The notes below the pieces were generated by a model that was given only the letters and a program-made list of their open reading frames with translations, had not been told where the DNA came from and ran no database searches. Made by a program: the position numbers and the translations under genes. DNA of 64,000 nt from Candidatus Collierbacteria bacterium (GTDB lineage: Bacteria > Patescibacteriota > Microgenomatia > UBA1400 > MFAQ01): NCBI GenBank assembly GCA_903886255.1, contig CAISLM010000072.1:18648-82647 (forward strand), read 5' to 3'. Shown here in pieces: positions 10,021 to 19,609 of this stretch (within the stretch, counting starts at the first letter, position 1; the number at the start of each line of letters is the position of its first letter).

Positions 10021-10317
10021 ATGGCGGCAAAATATATAGAGATTTTTAATGAAATGGTGGAAAAATATGAAAAGGAGTTTGACTCTTTTCAGGAAATCCA
10101 CGACAAGTACGAAGAGAACCCAATTAAATGGCAAGCCGAATTTAACGATGAAGGTAAAAAAATATTAGAGATTGTCAGGACTTATGAGAATCGACTTTGC
10201 GGGCACATGGAAAATACGCAAAATGCGACTTATTCGGCAAACCTGGCAGAGAAATTTAGAAATGAAATAAAAAGATATTTGCCAAAATTGGACATGATAG
10301 GGGTAACTTTGGGATGA
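10021..10317 (+). CDS. Hypothetical helical protein
   Basis: Clean 98-aa ORF with TACAAT shortly upstream. Confidence 0.7.
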   Translation: MAAKYIEIFNEMVEKYEKEFDSFQEIHDKYEENPIKWQAEFNDEGKKILEIVRTYENRLCGHMENTQNATYSANLAEKFRNEIKRYLPKLDMIGVTLG

Positions 10318-10334
10318 TCAATTAAACCCGGAAT

Positions 10335-10706
10335 TTACTTGACGCCACAGTCAGCTTTTATTTTTTCGAGGAGAATAGAGCAGAATTGATCTGCAGCGGA
10401 TTTCTTGATCTGATTTATTTGGTCATTAGCTAAATTTGCAGCCTGCTTCGAAACATCGTCACTTATTTGTTTCAGAGGAGAATCAGAGGCATAATCGGTG
10501 GAAACTCCCATGATTTGAGGAATAGGTATTTTTATTTTGTCGGGGAGTACGTTGTTTGCTGCTACGATTACCGGCTTAACAACTGAGTTTTGAAAGGAGG
10601 GATTTTTAATATAGTAATCTATTGGTTTGGAAATCTGAGGAAACATTTTATACAATCCAAACAAAGCAAGTACAACAAGAACAATTCGAACAAATATATT
10701 ATTCAT
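10335..10706 (-). CDS. Hypothetical membrane-anchored protein
   Basis: N-terminal TM helix; start overlaps the upstream stop. Confidence 0.7.
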   Translation of the reverse strand: MNNIFVRIVLVVLALFGLYKMFPQISKPIDYYIKNPSFQNSVVKPVIVAANNVLPDKIKIPIPQIMGVSTDYASDSPLKQISDDVSKQAANLANDQINQIKKSAADQFCSILLEKIKADCGVK

Positions 10707-11550
10707 TATCTTTGCATATTCTATTTATACTATTAAGTATCGTGGATTTTTCTTCTTTTCCGATAATGTCATTTACTTGATCGTTGAGAAGTGCACTTTT
10801 TAACCTGGCACAAGTAACTATTCCCCTATCGAGTAAAACTTTTATATCATTTTTGGGAATTTGGTAAAGCAGTGTAACCGGATGCAAGCCAGATTTTATA
10901 ATCATATCTTGTAAGCCTTGATCTTTTGGATGCGTCCAAGTTGTAACCCGAAGACCGACACAACTACAATAATCGAACACTTCAGAAGTAACCTTTGTAT
11001 TTGTTATTAGCCACGAGAAACAATTTTCGGAAGGATTGTTTTTTGTTTGGACATCACTAATATCTAAGAATCTTGCGTAGGTATAAAGAGCAACCTGTAT
11101 GTCGGTTTTATATCCCGGCGTATTGTGGTACTTACACTCAACAAAATATTTCTCGTTTTCCTTTTCGGCAATCACATCAACTTCATGGGTAACACATTTT
11201 CCTTGGGTAACAACTCCAACTTCTGTTTTGAATTTTTCGAGCCTTAAGATATCCGACACTAATATTTCAAATGCAAATCCTGATGGTCCCAAATCCATAA
11301 CGGCTCTTTTAAGGCCATAGTTGAAATAATTTTCAACAGGAGCATTTTTTTGTAGATATGAAGAAACATGACCATAAATTGCACCAGTAGTCATGTCTTC
11401 TTTTAGATGACTCTTTAAGTAACTTACGGCTTGGGAAGCGGTGTCTACAGAAAGTCCTGATTTTGCGAGAGATCTAACCACCTTTTCCTCATTAAATGGT
11501 TCTTTAATCCCCGAAGCCTTGGTTATTGTTATGGGGTTTAGATTTTGCAT
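10699..11550 (-). CDS. ATP-cone domain + Mrr-like PD-(D/E)xK nuclease
   Basis: ITKASGIKEPFNEEKVVRSL (ATP cone); GFAFEILV..HEVDVIAEK..FVECKYH (nuclease). Confidence 0.8.
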   Translation of the reverse strand: MQNLNPITITKASGIKEPFNEEKVVRSLAKSGLSVDTASQAVSYLKSHLKEDMTTGAIYGHVSSYLQKNAPVENYFNYGLKRAVMDLGPSGFAFEILVSDILRLEKFKTEVGVVTQGKCVTHEVDVIAEKENEKYFVECKYHNTPGYKTDIQVALYTYARFLDISDVQTKNNPSENCFSWLITNTKVTSEVFDYCSCVGLRVTTWTHPKDQGLQDMIIKSGLHPVTLLYQIPKNDIKVLLDRGIVTCARLKSALLNDQVNDIIGKEEKSTILNSINRICKDNE

Positions 11551-11603
11551 CTATCTTAATATTAGCATTAGCCTTAATAGTTAGTATGGGTTAAAATTGA
11601 TAT

Positions 11604-12842
11604 ATGAAAATGAGTAAAATGGGCATTCACCCAGAAAAAAGTGCTCCAAAGGACGCCGATACAATAAATCATCGATTGTTGGTCCAGGCAGGGTTTGTTA
11701 GACAATTGATGGCAGGAGTTTATACATATTTACCTTTTGGTTTAATCGTTCTAAGGAAGATTGAGGCGATAATCCGAGAAGAAATGGATGCAATCGGAGG
11801 TGAAGAAATATTGATGCCAATGCTTCAGCCGGCGGAAATTTGGAAAACGTCCGGAGGCTGGGACCATATTGATGTGCTATTTAAGATAAAAAGCCGAACC
11901 GAAAAAGATTATGCATTAGGCCAAAGCCAAGAAGAAGTCGTAACTACTGTAATGAAAGAATTTATTCGATCATACCGCGACCTCCCAAGAGCAATTTACC
12001 ACATTCAGTGGAAATTTAGAGATGAACTTAGGGCAAAGTCCGGAATATTAAGAGGAAGAGAATTTCTAATGAAGGATATGTATTCATTCCATGAAAATCA
12101 AGAAGACTTTGAAAAATATTATGAAGTGGCCAAAAAGGCATATTTGAGATTATTTTCGCGACTTGGGCTGACAAGTAAGGTCACGGAGGCTTCCGGTGGT
12201 GGCTTTAGCGAAAAAATATCTTATGAATTTGAAGTTTTGACTGACGCAGGTGAAGCCAATATTTTGTATTGTGATTCATGTGAATTCTGCGTAAATGTAG
12301 ATGATATCTCAAAGTATAAGGTGGGTGATCGCTGTCCAAAATGCGATAAAGACGATTTAAAATCGGCGACAGCTTCCGAGGTAGGTAACGTCTTTGATTT
12401 AGGGAGAAAATACACCGAGGCTTTTGACCTTTCATATACTGATCAGAATGGGGAAAAGAAATACCCTATCATGGGGTGTTACGGAATCGGCGTCACCAGA
12501 ACAATGGGTGTAATTGTCGAAAAGTTCCATGATGATAAGGGAATTGTTTGGCCAAAAAACATTGCGCCATTTTTAGTTCACCTCGTGGATATTCAACAAC
12601 AAGAAGAGGCAGAGAAAATTTATAACAGCTTAAAACAAGATGGTATCGATGTTCTCTGGGACGACAGAGAACTAAGCGCCGGAGCGAAGTTTGCCGATTC
12701 GGACTTAATAGGATGTCCAATAAGGGTGGTTGTGTCGGCGAGAAGCATTAGCGCCGGAGGGGTTGAAGTAAAAATGCGCAACGAAACGGAAAGTAAAATT
12801 ATTCCTATAGATAAGCTTTCCAGTTTCGTGAAAAATGTTTGA
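11604..12842 (+). CDS. proS: Prolyl-tRNA synthetase, short form without the editing insertion
   Basis: KFRDELRAKSGILRGREFLMKDMYSF, MGCYGIGVTR, and a C-terminal anticodon-binding domain. Confidence 0.95.
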   Translation: MKMSKMGIHPEKSAPKDADTINHRLLVQAGFVRQLMAGVYTYLPFGLIVLRKIEAIIREEMDAIGGEEILMPMLQPAEIWKTSGGWDHIDVLFKIKSRTEKDYALGQSQEEVVTTVMKEFIRSYRDLPRAIYHIQWKFRDELRAKSGILRGREFLMKDMYSFHENQEDFEKYYEVAKKAYLRLFSRLGLTSKVTEASGGGFSEKISYEFEVLTDAGEANILYCDSCEFCVNVDDISKYKVGDRCPKCDKDDLKSATASEVGNVFDLGRKYTEAFDLSYTDQNGEKKYPIMGCYGIGVTRTMGVIVEKFHDDKGIVWPKNIAPFLVHLVDIQQQEEAEKIYNSLKQDGIDVLWDDRELSAGAKFADSDLIGCPIRVVVSARSISAGGVEVKMRNETESKIIPIDKLSSFVKNV

Positions 12843-13509
12843 GATATTCGGGATAACATTCCATTGGTATGGTCTGCTAATTGGCCTGGGAGTATGGATA
12901 TCAATTGAAATTGCTTTAAGTCATCGAGGCAAAATCGATAAAGATCAGTTGGAAAAAGCGATTTTCTGGGTGATAATCGCCGGAGTAATTGGAGCCAGAC
13001 TTTATCATGTGATTGACTATTGGAACCGATATTATTCCAGTAATTTAATAAAAGTTATTTATGTTTGGGAGGGAGGCTTGGGAATATGGGGAGCAATCGG
13101 TGGTGGAATTTTGGCTTTAATCATTTATTGTTTTGTAAAAAAGATAAGGTTTCTTAAATACTTAGATGCCTTGGTGGTGGGAGTTCCTTTAGCACAAGCG
13201 ATTGGAAGAGTGGGAAATTACATTAACGGTGAACTCTATGGAAAAAACGGGGAGCCTTTGTTTGCATACGAAGGAATATTAAACATTATTTTGTTTGCTA
13301 TTCTGTGGAAGATTTCCGGAAAGCACAAAAAAATCGGTGTCATTTCCGGTGTTTATTTAATTGGCTATGGATTAATCCGAGGCATTTTAGAAAATCTTAG
13401 ACCAGAAGAGATTGTATGGAAACTTTATGGCGTTCCAGCAGCTATTGTTTTTAGCTGCCTAGCAATAATCTCAGGAATTTATCTTATTTTCCGGAGAAAA
13501 CAATCCTGA
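12835..13509 (+). CDS. lgt: Prolipoprotein diacylglyceryl transferase
   Basis: WYGL, GARLYHV, WEGGLGIWG, QAIGRVGNYINGELYG. Confidence 0.93.
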   Translation: MFEIFGITFHWYGLLIGLGVWISIEIALSHRGKIDKDQLEKAIFWVIIAGVIGARLYHVIDYWNRYYSSNLIKVIYVWEGGLGIWGAIGGGILALIIYCFVKKIRFLKYLDALVVGVPLAQAIGRVGNYINGELYGKNGEPLFAYEGILNIILFAILWKISGKHKKIGVISGVYLIGYGLIRGILENLRPEEIVWKLYGVPAAIVFSCLAIISGIYLIFRRKQS

Positions 13510-15826
13510 CGACATCATCCATACTCTTTACAAAATGAAATTTTAAATCAGTTCTCACTTTTTCAGGAAGATCGGCAAGATTTTTTTCATTGTCCTTGGG
13601 TAGAATTATTTGTTTGATTCCGGCCCGATGGGCTGCAATAACTTTTTCACGGACTCCGCCTATTTCCAGTGCACGTCCACGTAAGGTTACTTCCCCTGTC
13701 ATGGCCAAGTCTTTGGGAACTGCTTTTCCGGAAAGGGCAGAAATAATTGCTGTGGTTATCGCCAGACCGGCGCTGGGGCCATCTTTCGGGACTGCTCCTT
13801 CCGGAACATGGATGTGAATATCGGATCTGGCAATTTTGCTATCATTTATACCTAACAATTTACTGTGTGAGCGAACATATGAATACGCTGCTTTGGCGGA
13901 TTCTTTCATGACATCGCCAAGCTGACCGGTAAGAGTAATTTTTCCTTGTCCCGGCATTACGGCGACTTCAATAAAGAGAATATCTCCTCCGACTTTGGTG
14001 TATGCCAAGCCAGTTACCAAACCAACCTGGTCGATATCTTCCGCAAGAGTGTGGTTATAAATAACAGGACCGAGATATTTGTTAATTTTTTCTTTGGTAA
14101 TGACAATTGGCAATTCTTTTCCCGAAGCTTTGGCTTTGGCAACTTTACGCATAAGAGAGGCTATCTGTCTTTCAAGATTTCTGACGCCAGCTTCCCTGGT
14201 ATAGTGACGCACCAAAAACTTAAGCATAGCCGAAGATAGTTCAAAATCTTTTTGATCAATAGCGTTAGCTTCCGATTGTTTCTTGATGAGATACTTTTTT
14301 CCAATGAAATATTTTTCTTCTTCGGTGTATCCGGAAAACTCAATTACTTCAAGACGATCTCTTAGGGCTGCGGGAATAGTGTCTAAGACGTTGGCTGTCG
14401 TTATAAATAAAACTTGGGAAAGATCGAAGGGGATATCAAGATAGTGGTCTTGAAAGGCAAAGTTTTGCTCCGGATCAAGTGCTTCAAGAAGGGCTGAGCT
14501 GGGATCGCCACGGAAATCGGCACCAATTTTATCGATTTCATCAAGCATAAAAACAGGATTGCTAACTCCGCTATCTTTAATTGATTGGATAATTCTTCCC
14601 GGCATGGCACCAACATAAGTTCGTCTGTGACCACGAATTTCAGCTTCATCTTTTAAACCTCCAAGTGACATCTTGACGAATTTTCGTCCAATGGCTTTGG
14701 CGATTGATCTACCGACAGAGGTTTTACCGACACCTGGAGGTCCAACGAAACAAAGTATAGTGGGCGGGTTAACGGCATGAGCTTTGGTTTTTTTGACCTG
14801 ATCACTTTTGAGTTTTAGAACGGCGATATATTCAAGAATTCTTTCTTTCACTTTTTCCAGACCATAGTGATCTTGATCAAGAATTTTTTCTGCTTTGGGT
14901 AGAGAATAGCTGCTTTTGGTGTATTCACCCCAGGGTAACTCAAGGACAGTTTCAATCCAGGTTCTAAGATAGGATGTTTCAGGATTGTGGATAGATAATT
15001 TTTTTAAACGATCCAGCTCCTTGGCGACTTTTGCGTGGATATCTTTGGGAAGGTTAGCCTTTTTTAATTTGACTTTTAACTCGGTAATTTCTTCCTCTTC
15101 CCCACCCTCTCCAAGTTCCTTTTGGATGGCTCGCATTCTTTCTCGAAGGACAGCTTCTTTCATGCTGTCGTCAAATCGTTTTTGGGTTTTGTTTTCGATC
15201 TTTTTTTCCAATTCAAGAATCTTTATTTCTTCATTGAGGTGGTCGGTTATGAAAGTAAGTCTTTTTTCCAAGGAATTGTTTTCAAGAAGTTTTTGTTTCT
15301 CTTCATTTTTAACATCGAGGATGGATGATATTTGGAAGGAAATGAGTAGTGGATCCGAACTGTTGATGATTTTGGCTAGGACGCCTGGCTCAACGTTGGC
15401 TTTCCCCAGCTCCGATGCTCGTTTTATGAGAGCGACAGCGCGATTAGAAAGGGCGGAAATTTCTGTGGTTATGGTGTTGTCTTCGGGGTATTCAGAAACA
15501 AGGGCCCAAATTAGGCCATCTTTTTCTTCTATTTTCTCTATCTTGACCCTGAATAGACCTTTTACAATGGCGTGGAGCTCTTCGTTTACAGGAAGCGTCT
15601 TAACTATTTTACAGACCGAACCGACGAGATAATAATCGTCAAGTCCAATGGCCGTAGCTTTTGCGTCTTTTTGTGAAACAAAGCAAACCTCTTGGTTATT
15701 GGTAAAAGCACTATTAATACCGGTAATAGAAGCCGGTTTACCGAATGTCAGAACCGCTTCTGTTTCCGGAAAAATAACACCCTCTTTGAGGCCGATAAAT
15801 GGTACTAATGTTTGGTGAATAGGCAT
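13484..15826 (-). CDS. lon: Lon ATP-dependent protease
   Basis: GPPGVGKTS, IRGHRRTYVGAMPG, HVPEGAVPKDGPSAG. Confidence 0.97.
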   Translation of the reverse strand: MPIHQTLVPFIGLKEGVIFPETEAVLTFGKPASITGINSAFTNNQEVCFVSQKDAKATAIGLDDYYLVGSVCKIVKTLPVNEELHAIVKGLFRVKIEKIEEKDGLIWALVSEYPEDNTITTEISALSNRAVALIKRASELGKANVEPGVLAKIINSSDPLLISFQISSILDVKNEEKQKLLENNSLEKRLTFITDHLNEEIKILELEKKIENKTQKRFDDSMKEAVLRERMRAIQKELGEGGEEEEITELKVKLKKANLPKDIHAKVAKELDRLKKLSIHNPETSYLRTWIETVLELPWGEYTKSSYSLPKAEKILDQDHYGLEKVKERILEYIAVLKLKSDQVKKTKAHAVNPPTILCFVGPPGVGKTSVGRSIAKAIGRKFVKMSLGGLKDEAEIRGHRRTYVGAMPGRIIQSIKDSGVSNPVFMLDEIDKIGADFRGDPSSALLEALDPEQNFAFQDHYLDIPFDLSQVLFITTANVLDTIPAALRDRLEVIEFSGYTEEEKYFIGKKYLIKKQSEANAIDQKDFELSSAMLKFLVRHYTREAGVRNLERQIASLMRKVAKAKASGKELPIVITKEKINKYLGPVIYNHTLAEDIDQVGLVTGLAYTKVGGDILFIEVAVMPGQGKITLTGQLGDVMKESAKAAYSYVRSHSKLLGINDSKIARSDIHIHVPEGAVPKDGPSAGLAITTAIISALSGKAVPKDLAMTGEVTLRGRALEIGGVREKVIAAHRAGIKQIILPKDNEKNLADLPEKVRTDLKFHFVKSMDDVVRIVFSGK

Positions 15827-15868
15827 AGTTTTCAGATTTTAGCAGGAAACACCGGAAATTGCTAATTA

Positions 15869-15973
15869 TTAATGGTTATAGATTCTCAAACCGATAAGAA
15901 TGGTTGCCAAAACAGCCATAAAGGTTATCAGAATAAACAATGAAAATGAAAACTGTCTGTTATTGGATGACAT
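15869..15973 (-). CDS. 34-aa single-TM small protein MSSNNRQFSFSLFILITFMAVLATILIGLRIYNH
   Basis: Translated by hand; its ATG overlaps the upstream gene's 3' end and it fills the gap before lon. Confidence 0.6.
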   Translation of the reverse strand: MSSNNRQFSFSLFILITFMAVLATILIGLRIYNH

Positions 15974-16436
15974 TTTTTGTGTTTGCAACGACTTCTAAAG
16001 TTTTTTCGTCGGACCAAAGATTATTGTCCCCGACCTTCGCATAGGCCCGAAAGTAAACTTTGCCGATTTTATTAAATTTTATGGACAAATTAAAATTATC
16101 AGGTAGCTTAAAAATGCCTTTGAAATAGTCCTCGAGATGATACGAATAGCCAACAGCTTCCGGAGTATCTTCCCTAGTTAGAGCACTGGGGCTTGAGTTG
16201 TAATCCCAGTAAATTGTTGTTTTGGAAGTCGCGAGATCAGATGAACTATTAACATCCCAAACGAAAGTCCCATTTTGACCTGCTACGACACTTTCAGGAT
16301 AAGATTCAAAAGTAATTCCCAGAGGTGATGGTTTGGTTTCAGAAATACTTTTTTGGGCGGAAATATAGTTATAGATAACTAAACTAATAAAAATAACAGA
16401 TATCAATAAAATATAAAGGATAGTTTTTCGGTTCAT
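15960..16436 (-). CDS. Hypothetical exported beta-rich protein
   Basis: N-terminal TM anchor; YFRAYAKV..WSDEK; 4-nt overlap with dtd. Confidence 0.7.
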   Translation of the reverse strand: MNRKTILYILLISVIFISLVIYNYISAQKSISETKPSPLGITFESYPESVVAGQNGTFVWDVNSSSDLATSKTTIYWDYNSSPSALTREDTPEAVGYSYHLEDYFKGIFKLPDNFNLSIKFNKIGKVYFRAYAKVGDNNLWSDEKTLEVVANTKNVIQ

Positions 16437-16888
16437 ATTTTGTCTGATTCCATAATGATTGTGACTGGACCATTTAGGTTTGAATCTATTTTCATATGCT
16501 CTCCAAAATAACCTGTTTTAACGGGCAGTCCAGCTTCTGTAAGTTTAACAGTAAATAGATCATAAAGTTTTACGGCAAGTTCTTTGTCTGCAGCAGCAAA
16601 AAAATCAGGCCGGTTACATTTTTTAACATTTCCGAAAAGAGTAAATTGAGATATTAGCAGAACTTCACCACCAATAGTTTTTACATCAAGATTCATTTTC
16701 TTATTATCGTCCGGGAAAACTCTGAGTTTAATTATTTTCTTAATTAATTTGTTGACATCCACTTCTGAATCGAGTCGGGAAACTCCCAAAAATACCACCA
16801 AACCTTTGTCAATTTTTCTCTCGGTTTCTTTGAGCTTGCCAAAAATGGATACACTGGCTTGGTCAACTACTTGAATGACAACAATCAT
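16433..16888 (-). CDS. dtd: D-aminoacyl-tRNA deacylase
   Basis: SQFTL, KLRVF, NRPDF and NGPVT motifs. Confidence 0.92.
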   Translation of the reverse strand: MIVVIQVVDQASVSIFGKLKETERKIDKGLVVFLGVSRLDSEVDVNKLIKKIIKLRVFPDDNKKMNLDVKTIGGEVLLISQFTLFGNVKKCNRPDFFAAADKELAVKLYDLFTVKLTEAGLPVKTGYFGEHMKIDSNLNGPVTIIMESDKI

Positions 16889-16903
16889 ATGCAATGATTA
16901 TAA

Positions 16904-17791
16904 TTGCTTGTGAGAATAAAACGTAATATTTCCATATTTATATTGGCTGCAGGACTAATTTTCCTGGCGATTTTTATATTCGAAAAAGACAATACGGCAA
17001 AAGAATCAAATTTTGCGGCAAAAAAACAGGGGGTGCTTGTCACTCCCGCCGTAACGCCGATTGCTTCACCATCGGCAACACCAACACCAAAACCCTTAAC
17101 GTTTGCCGAAATGAATCAGTTGTATGGCCCTTGTGTATCTTTGCCGGTATTGATGTTCCATCATGTTGAGGATTTAACAGCGGCAAAAACGGAAGGACAT
17201 TTGTCACTAACTGTGGGAATTGATTACTTTAAAAAAGACTTGGAGTATCTCACCAGTAAAGGCTACAACACTATTTCTCCGGAACAACTGATAAGTTTTT
17301 TTGACAATGGGGTTGCTCTACCGGCAAAACCTGTGATGTTAACTTTCGATGACGGATATGCGGACAATGGAACGGACATGTATCAAGCAATACTAGCTGC
17401 TAAAGTTAAGGGGACAATTTTTACACCAACAGGACTATTAAATAATCCAGGGTATTTAAATTGGGAAAAGATTAGAGAAATGGCCGGGTCAGGATTAATT
17501 AGCTTTGGTAACCACACATGGTCCCACAGAAATGTTGGCGGATCAGCTAGTGTAATTCAATACGAAATTACTACTGCGGACACACAACTTTCCGAACAAG
17601 GACTAAATAATCCAAAAATATTTGCTTATCCATATGGATTGGAAAGCAGCCAGGCGATAAAAGATTTGAAGACTTTGGGCTATAAACTGGCATTTACTAC
17701 AGTTAACGGACGAATACTTTGCGAAAAGAAAAGATTTGATTTGCCCAGGATAAGAATAGGGAACTCTTCATTGTCGAGTTACGGACTCTAA
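16904..17791 (+). CDS. Polysaccharide deacetylase (CE4/NodB), membrane-anchored
   Basis: PVLMFHHV, LTFDDGY, GNHTWSH, FAYPYG. Confidence 0.88.
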   Translation: MLVRIKRNISIFILAAGLIFLAIFIFEKDNTAKESNFAAKKQGVLVTPAVTPIASPSATPTPKPLTFAEMNQLYGPCVSLPVLMFHHVEDLTAAKTEGHLSLTVGIDYFKKDLEYLTSKGYNTISPEQLISFFDNGVALPAKPVMLTFDDGYADNGTDMYQAILAAKVKGTIFTPTGLLNNPGYLNWEKIREMAGSGLISFGNHTWSHRNVGGSASVIQYEITTADTQLSEQGLNNPKIFAYPYGLESSQAIKDLKTLGYKLAFTTVNGRILCEKKRFDLPRIRIGNSSLSSYGL

Positions 17792-18385
17792 TTACTTTAT
17801 AGTCGATTCGAATTCTATTCCGAGCGATTGTTCCGGTCCAACATTGCCGTTTTTTAGATCCACCAAAACCCAACCGCCATCTTCTTTTTTGGTAATTTTC
17901 GCACCGATAAATTCATTGAATAAACAACTGAGAAAGTTTCCATGAGTAACAACAATACAGCTCTCGATACCTTTTATCTCAAGAAGAGAAAGGCATTTTC
18001 GAACTCGTCCGGTTAAATCTTCATATCTTTCACTTCCATCAACGTATTCCCCTTTGTCGAGCAATAATACTTGATCGGGATATTTCATATTGGCTTCAGA
18101 TTTTTCGAGCCCAGTAAGAACCCCGTATTTGTTTTGTTCTTTGGCATATTCGAAAACTTCTAGCGGTAGATTTAGTGAATCAGAAATTATTTTGGCGGTT
18201 GACCTTGCTCTCAATAATGGTGAGGTGAAGACTTTCTCAAATGAAATATTGAGATTTTTTATTGAGGTGATCCTGTCTTTTATTTCTTCCGCCCCCTTGG
18301 CGGTAAGTGGAAAATCTCCCCAGCCACCATATCGATTTTCGATGTCATCTTGAGCCTCGCCATGTCGCAAAAATAATATTTTCAT
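17792..18385 (-). CDS. Histidine phosphatase (phosphoglycerate mutase family)
   Basis: LRHGE, TSPLLRARSTA, VVTHG. Confidence 0.88.
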   Translation of the reverse strand: MKILFLRHGEAQDDIENRYGGWGDFPLTAKGAEEIKDRITSIKNLNISFEKVFTSPLLRARSTAKIISDSLNLPLEVFEYAKEQNKYGVLTGLEKSEANMKYPDQVLLLDKGEYVDGSERYEDLTGRVRKCLSLLEIKGIESCIVVTHGNFLSCLFNEFIGAKITKKEDGGWVLVDLKNGNVGPEQSLGIEFESTIK

Positions 18386-18415
18386 ATTTCATCTTAATCT
18401 ATTCGTTGACGAAAA

Positions 18416-19564
18416 TTAATGAAAGTATTTTTTACCTTTTAGTTGGTCAGGTAATAAATCTTCGATGGTGTATGCTTCGTAGCCTTTTCCATAACCCAGT
18501 TGTTTCATTAATTTGGTAGGAGCATTTCTGAGGTTGAGGGGTATGGGAAGATTACCGAATTTTTGAACATCTTCCAGTGCTCTGAGATAACTTTCATAAG
18601 CCGAGCGATTTTTTTTGGCTTGAGCCAGGTAAACTGCACCAGCTGCGAGATTTTCCCGACATTCGGGATAGCCGATTTGCTGACAGGCCTGGAAAACGGC
18701 GTTGGCAACGACTAAGGCTGTGGGTGAAGCGACGTCTTCAGAAGCAAAGACAACCATTCTCCGGGCAATAAAAATGGGGTCTTCACCGGAATCAACCAAT
18801 CGGGCAAGATAGTAGAGGGCGGCATCGGGATTGCTGGCGCGCATGGACTTGATGAAAGCGGAAATTGTGTTGTAGTGTTCTTCGCCTTGTTTGTCGAAGC
18901 GAAGAAAGCGGGATTGAAGAGCAGTTTTGAAGTTACCAATCGTTAATGTTCCATATAGGGAAGCGGTGGACTCAATAAGTCCAATTGCTTGACGGGCATC
19001 TCCATTGGCAAAATTGGCAAGCCAATCTTTACTTTCACTGTCGAGTTTTAGTTTGAGCACTTTCGTTGCCCGAACAATTATTTTTTCTATTTCTTCCGGA
19101 GAAAGTTCCTTCAGGACAAAAACGCGACAACGGGAAAGAAGGGGTGGAATGATTTCAAAACTAGGATTCTCAGTGGTGGCACCGATAAGAGTAAGCTTGC
19201 CCCTTTCTACGAATGGTAGAAGGTAATCCTGCTGGGCTTTGTTGAAACGATGAATTTCGTCTAGGAATAAAACGACTGGCTTGGTAGTATTCTCGGTATT
19301 TTTAATTATGGTACGAATATCATCTTTACCTGCAGATACGGCGGAAAGTTCATAAAAGTCAGCATCAATGGCGTCTGAATAAATACGAGCAATCGTGGTT
19401 TTCCCGGTACCCGGAGGGCCCCAAAGAATAAAGGAAAAAATATGTTTCGTTTTTATTGCCTGGCTTAGGGGCTTTCCTTCTCCAACCAGGTGATCTTGAC
19501 CAATATATTCTTTGAGATTTTTGGGGCGAATTTTTGAGGCAAGAGGTTCAATTAAGTTAGACAT
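18416..19564 (-). CDS. rarA: Replication-associated recombination protein A (AAA+)
   Basis: [45 protein letters not shown]. Confidence 0.95.
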   Translation of the reverse strand: MSNLIEPLASKIRPKNLKEYIGQDHLVGEGKPLSQAIKTKHIFSFILWGPPGTGKTTIARIYSDAIDADFYELSAVSAGKDDIRTIIKNTENTTKPVVLFLDEIHRFNKAQQDYLLPFVERGKLTLIGATTENPSFEIIPPLLSRCRVFVLKELSPEEIEKIIVRATKVLKLKLDSESKDWLANFANGDARQAIGLIESTASLYGTLTIGNFKTALQSRFLRFDKQGEEHYNTISAFIKSMRASNPDAALYYLARLVDSGEDPIFIARRMVVFASEDVASPTALVVANAVFQACQQIGYPECRENLAAGAVYLAQAKKNRSAYESYLRALEDVQKFGNLPIPLNLRNAPTKLMKQLGYGKGYEAYTIEDLLPDQLKGKKYFH

Positions 19565-19609
19565 ATTCGGTGTTTGTTTGGGTTAATTTTAGCACGTATA
19601 ATAGAAGAC

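Noticed and set aside
14985-15632. 215-aa plus-strand ORF, and similar shadow ORFs opposite secD, cmpX-like and the permease gene
   Set aside because: These are codon-mirror antisense frames of well-supported genes with no recognisable motifs.
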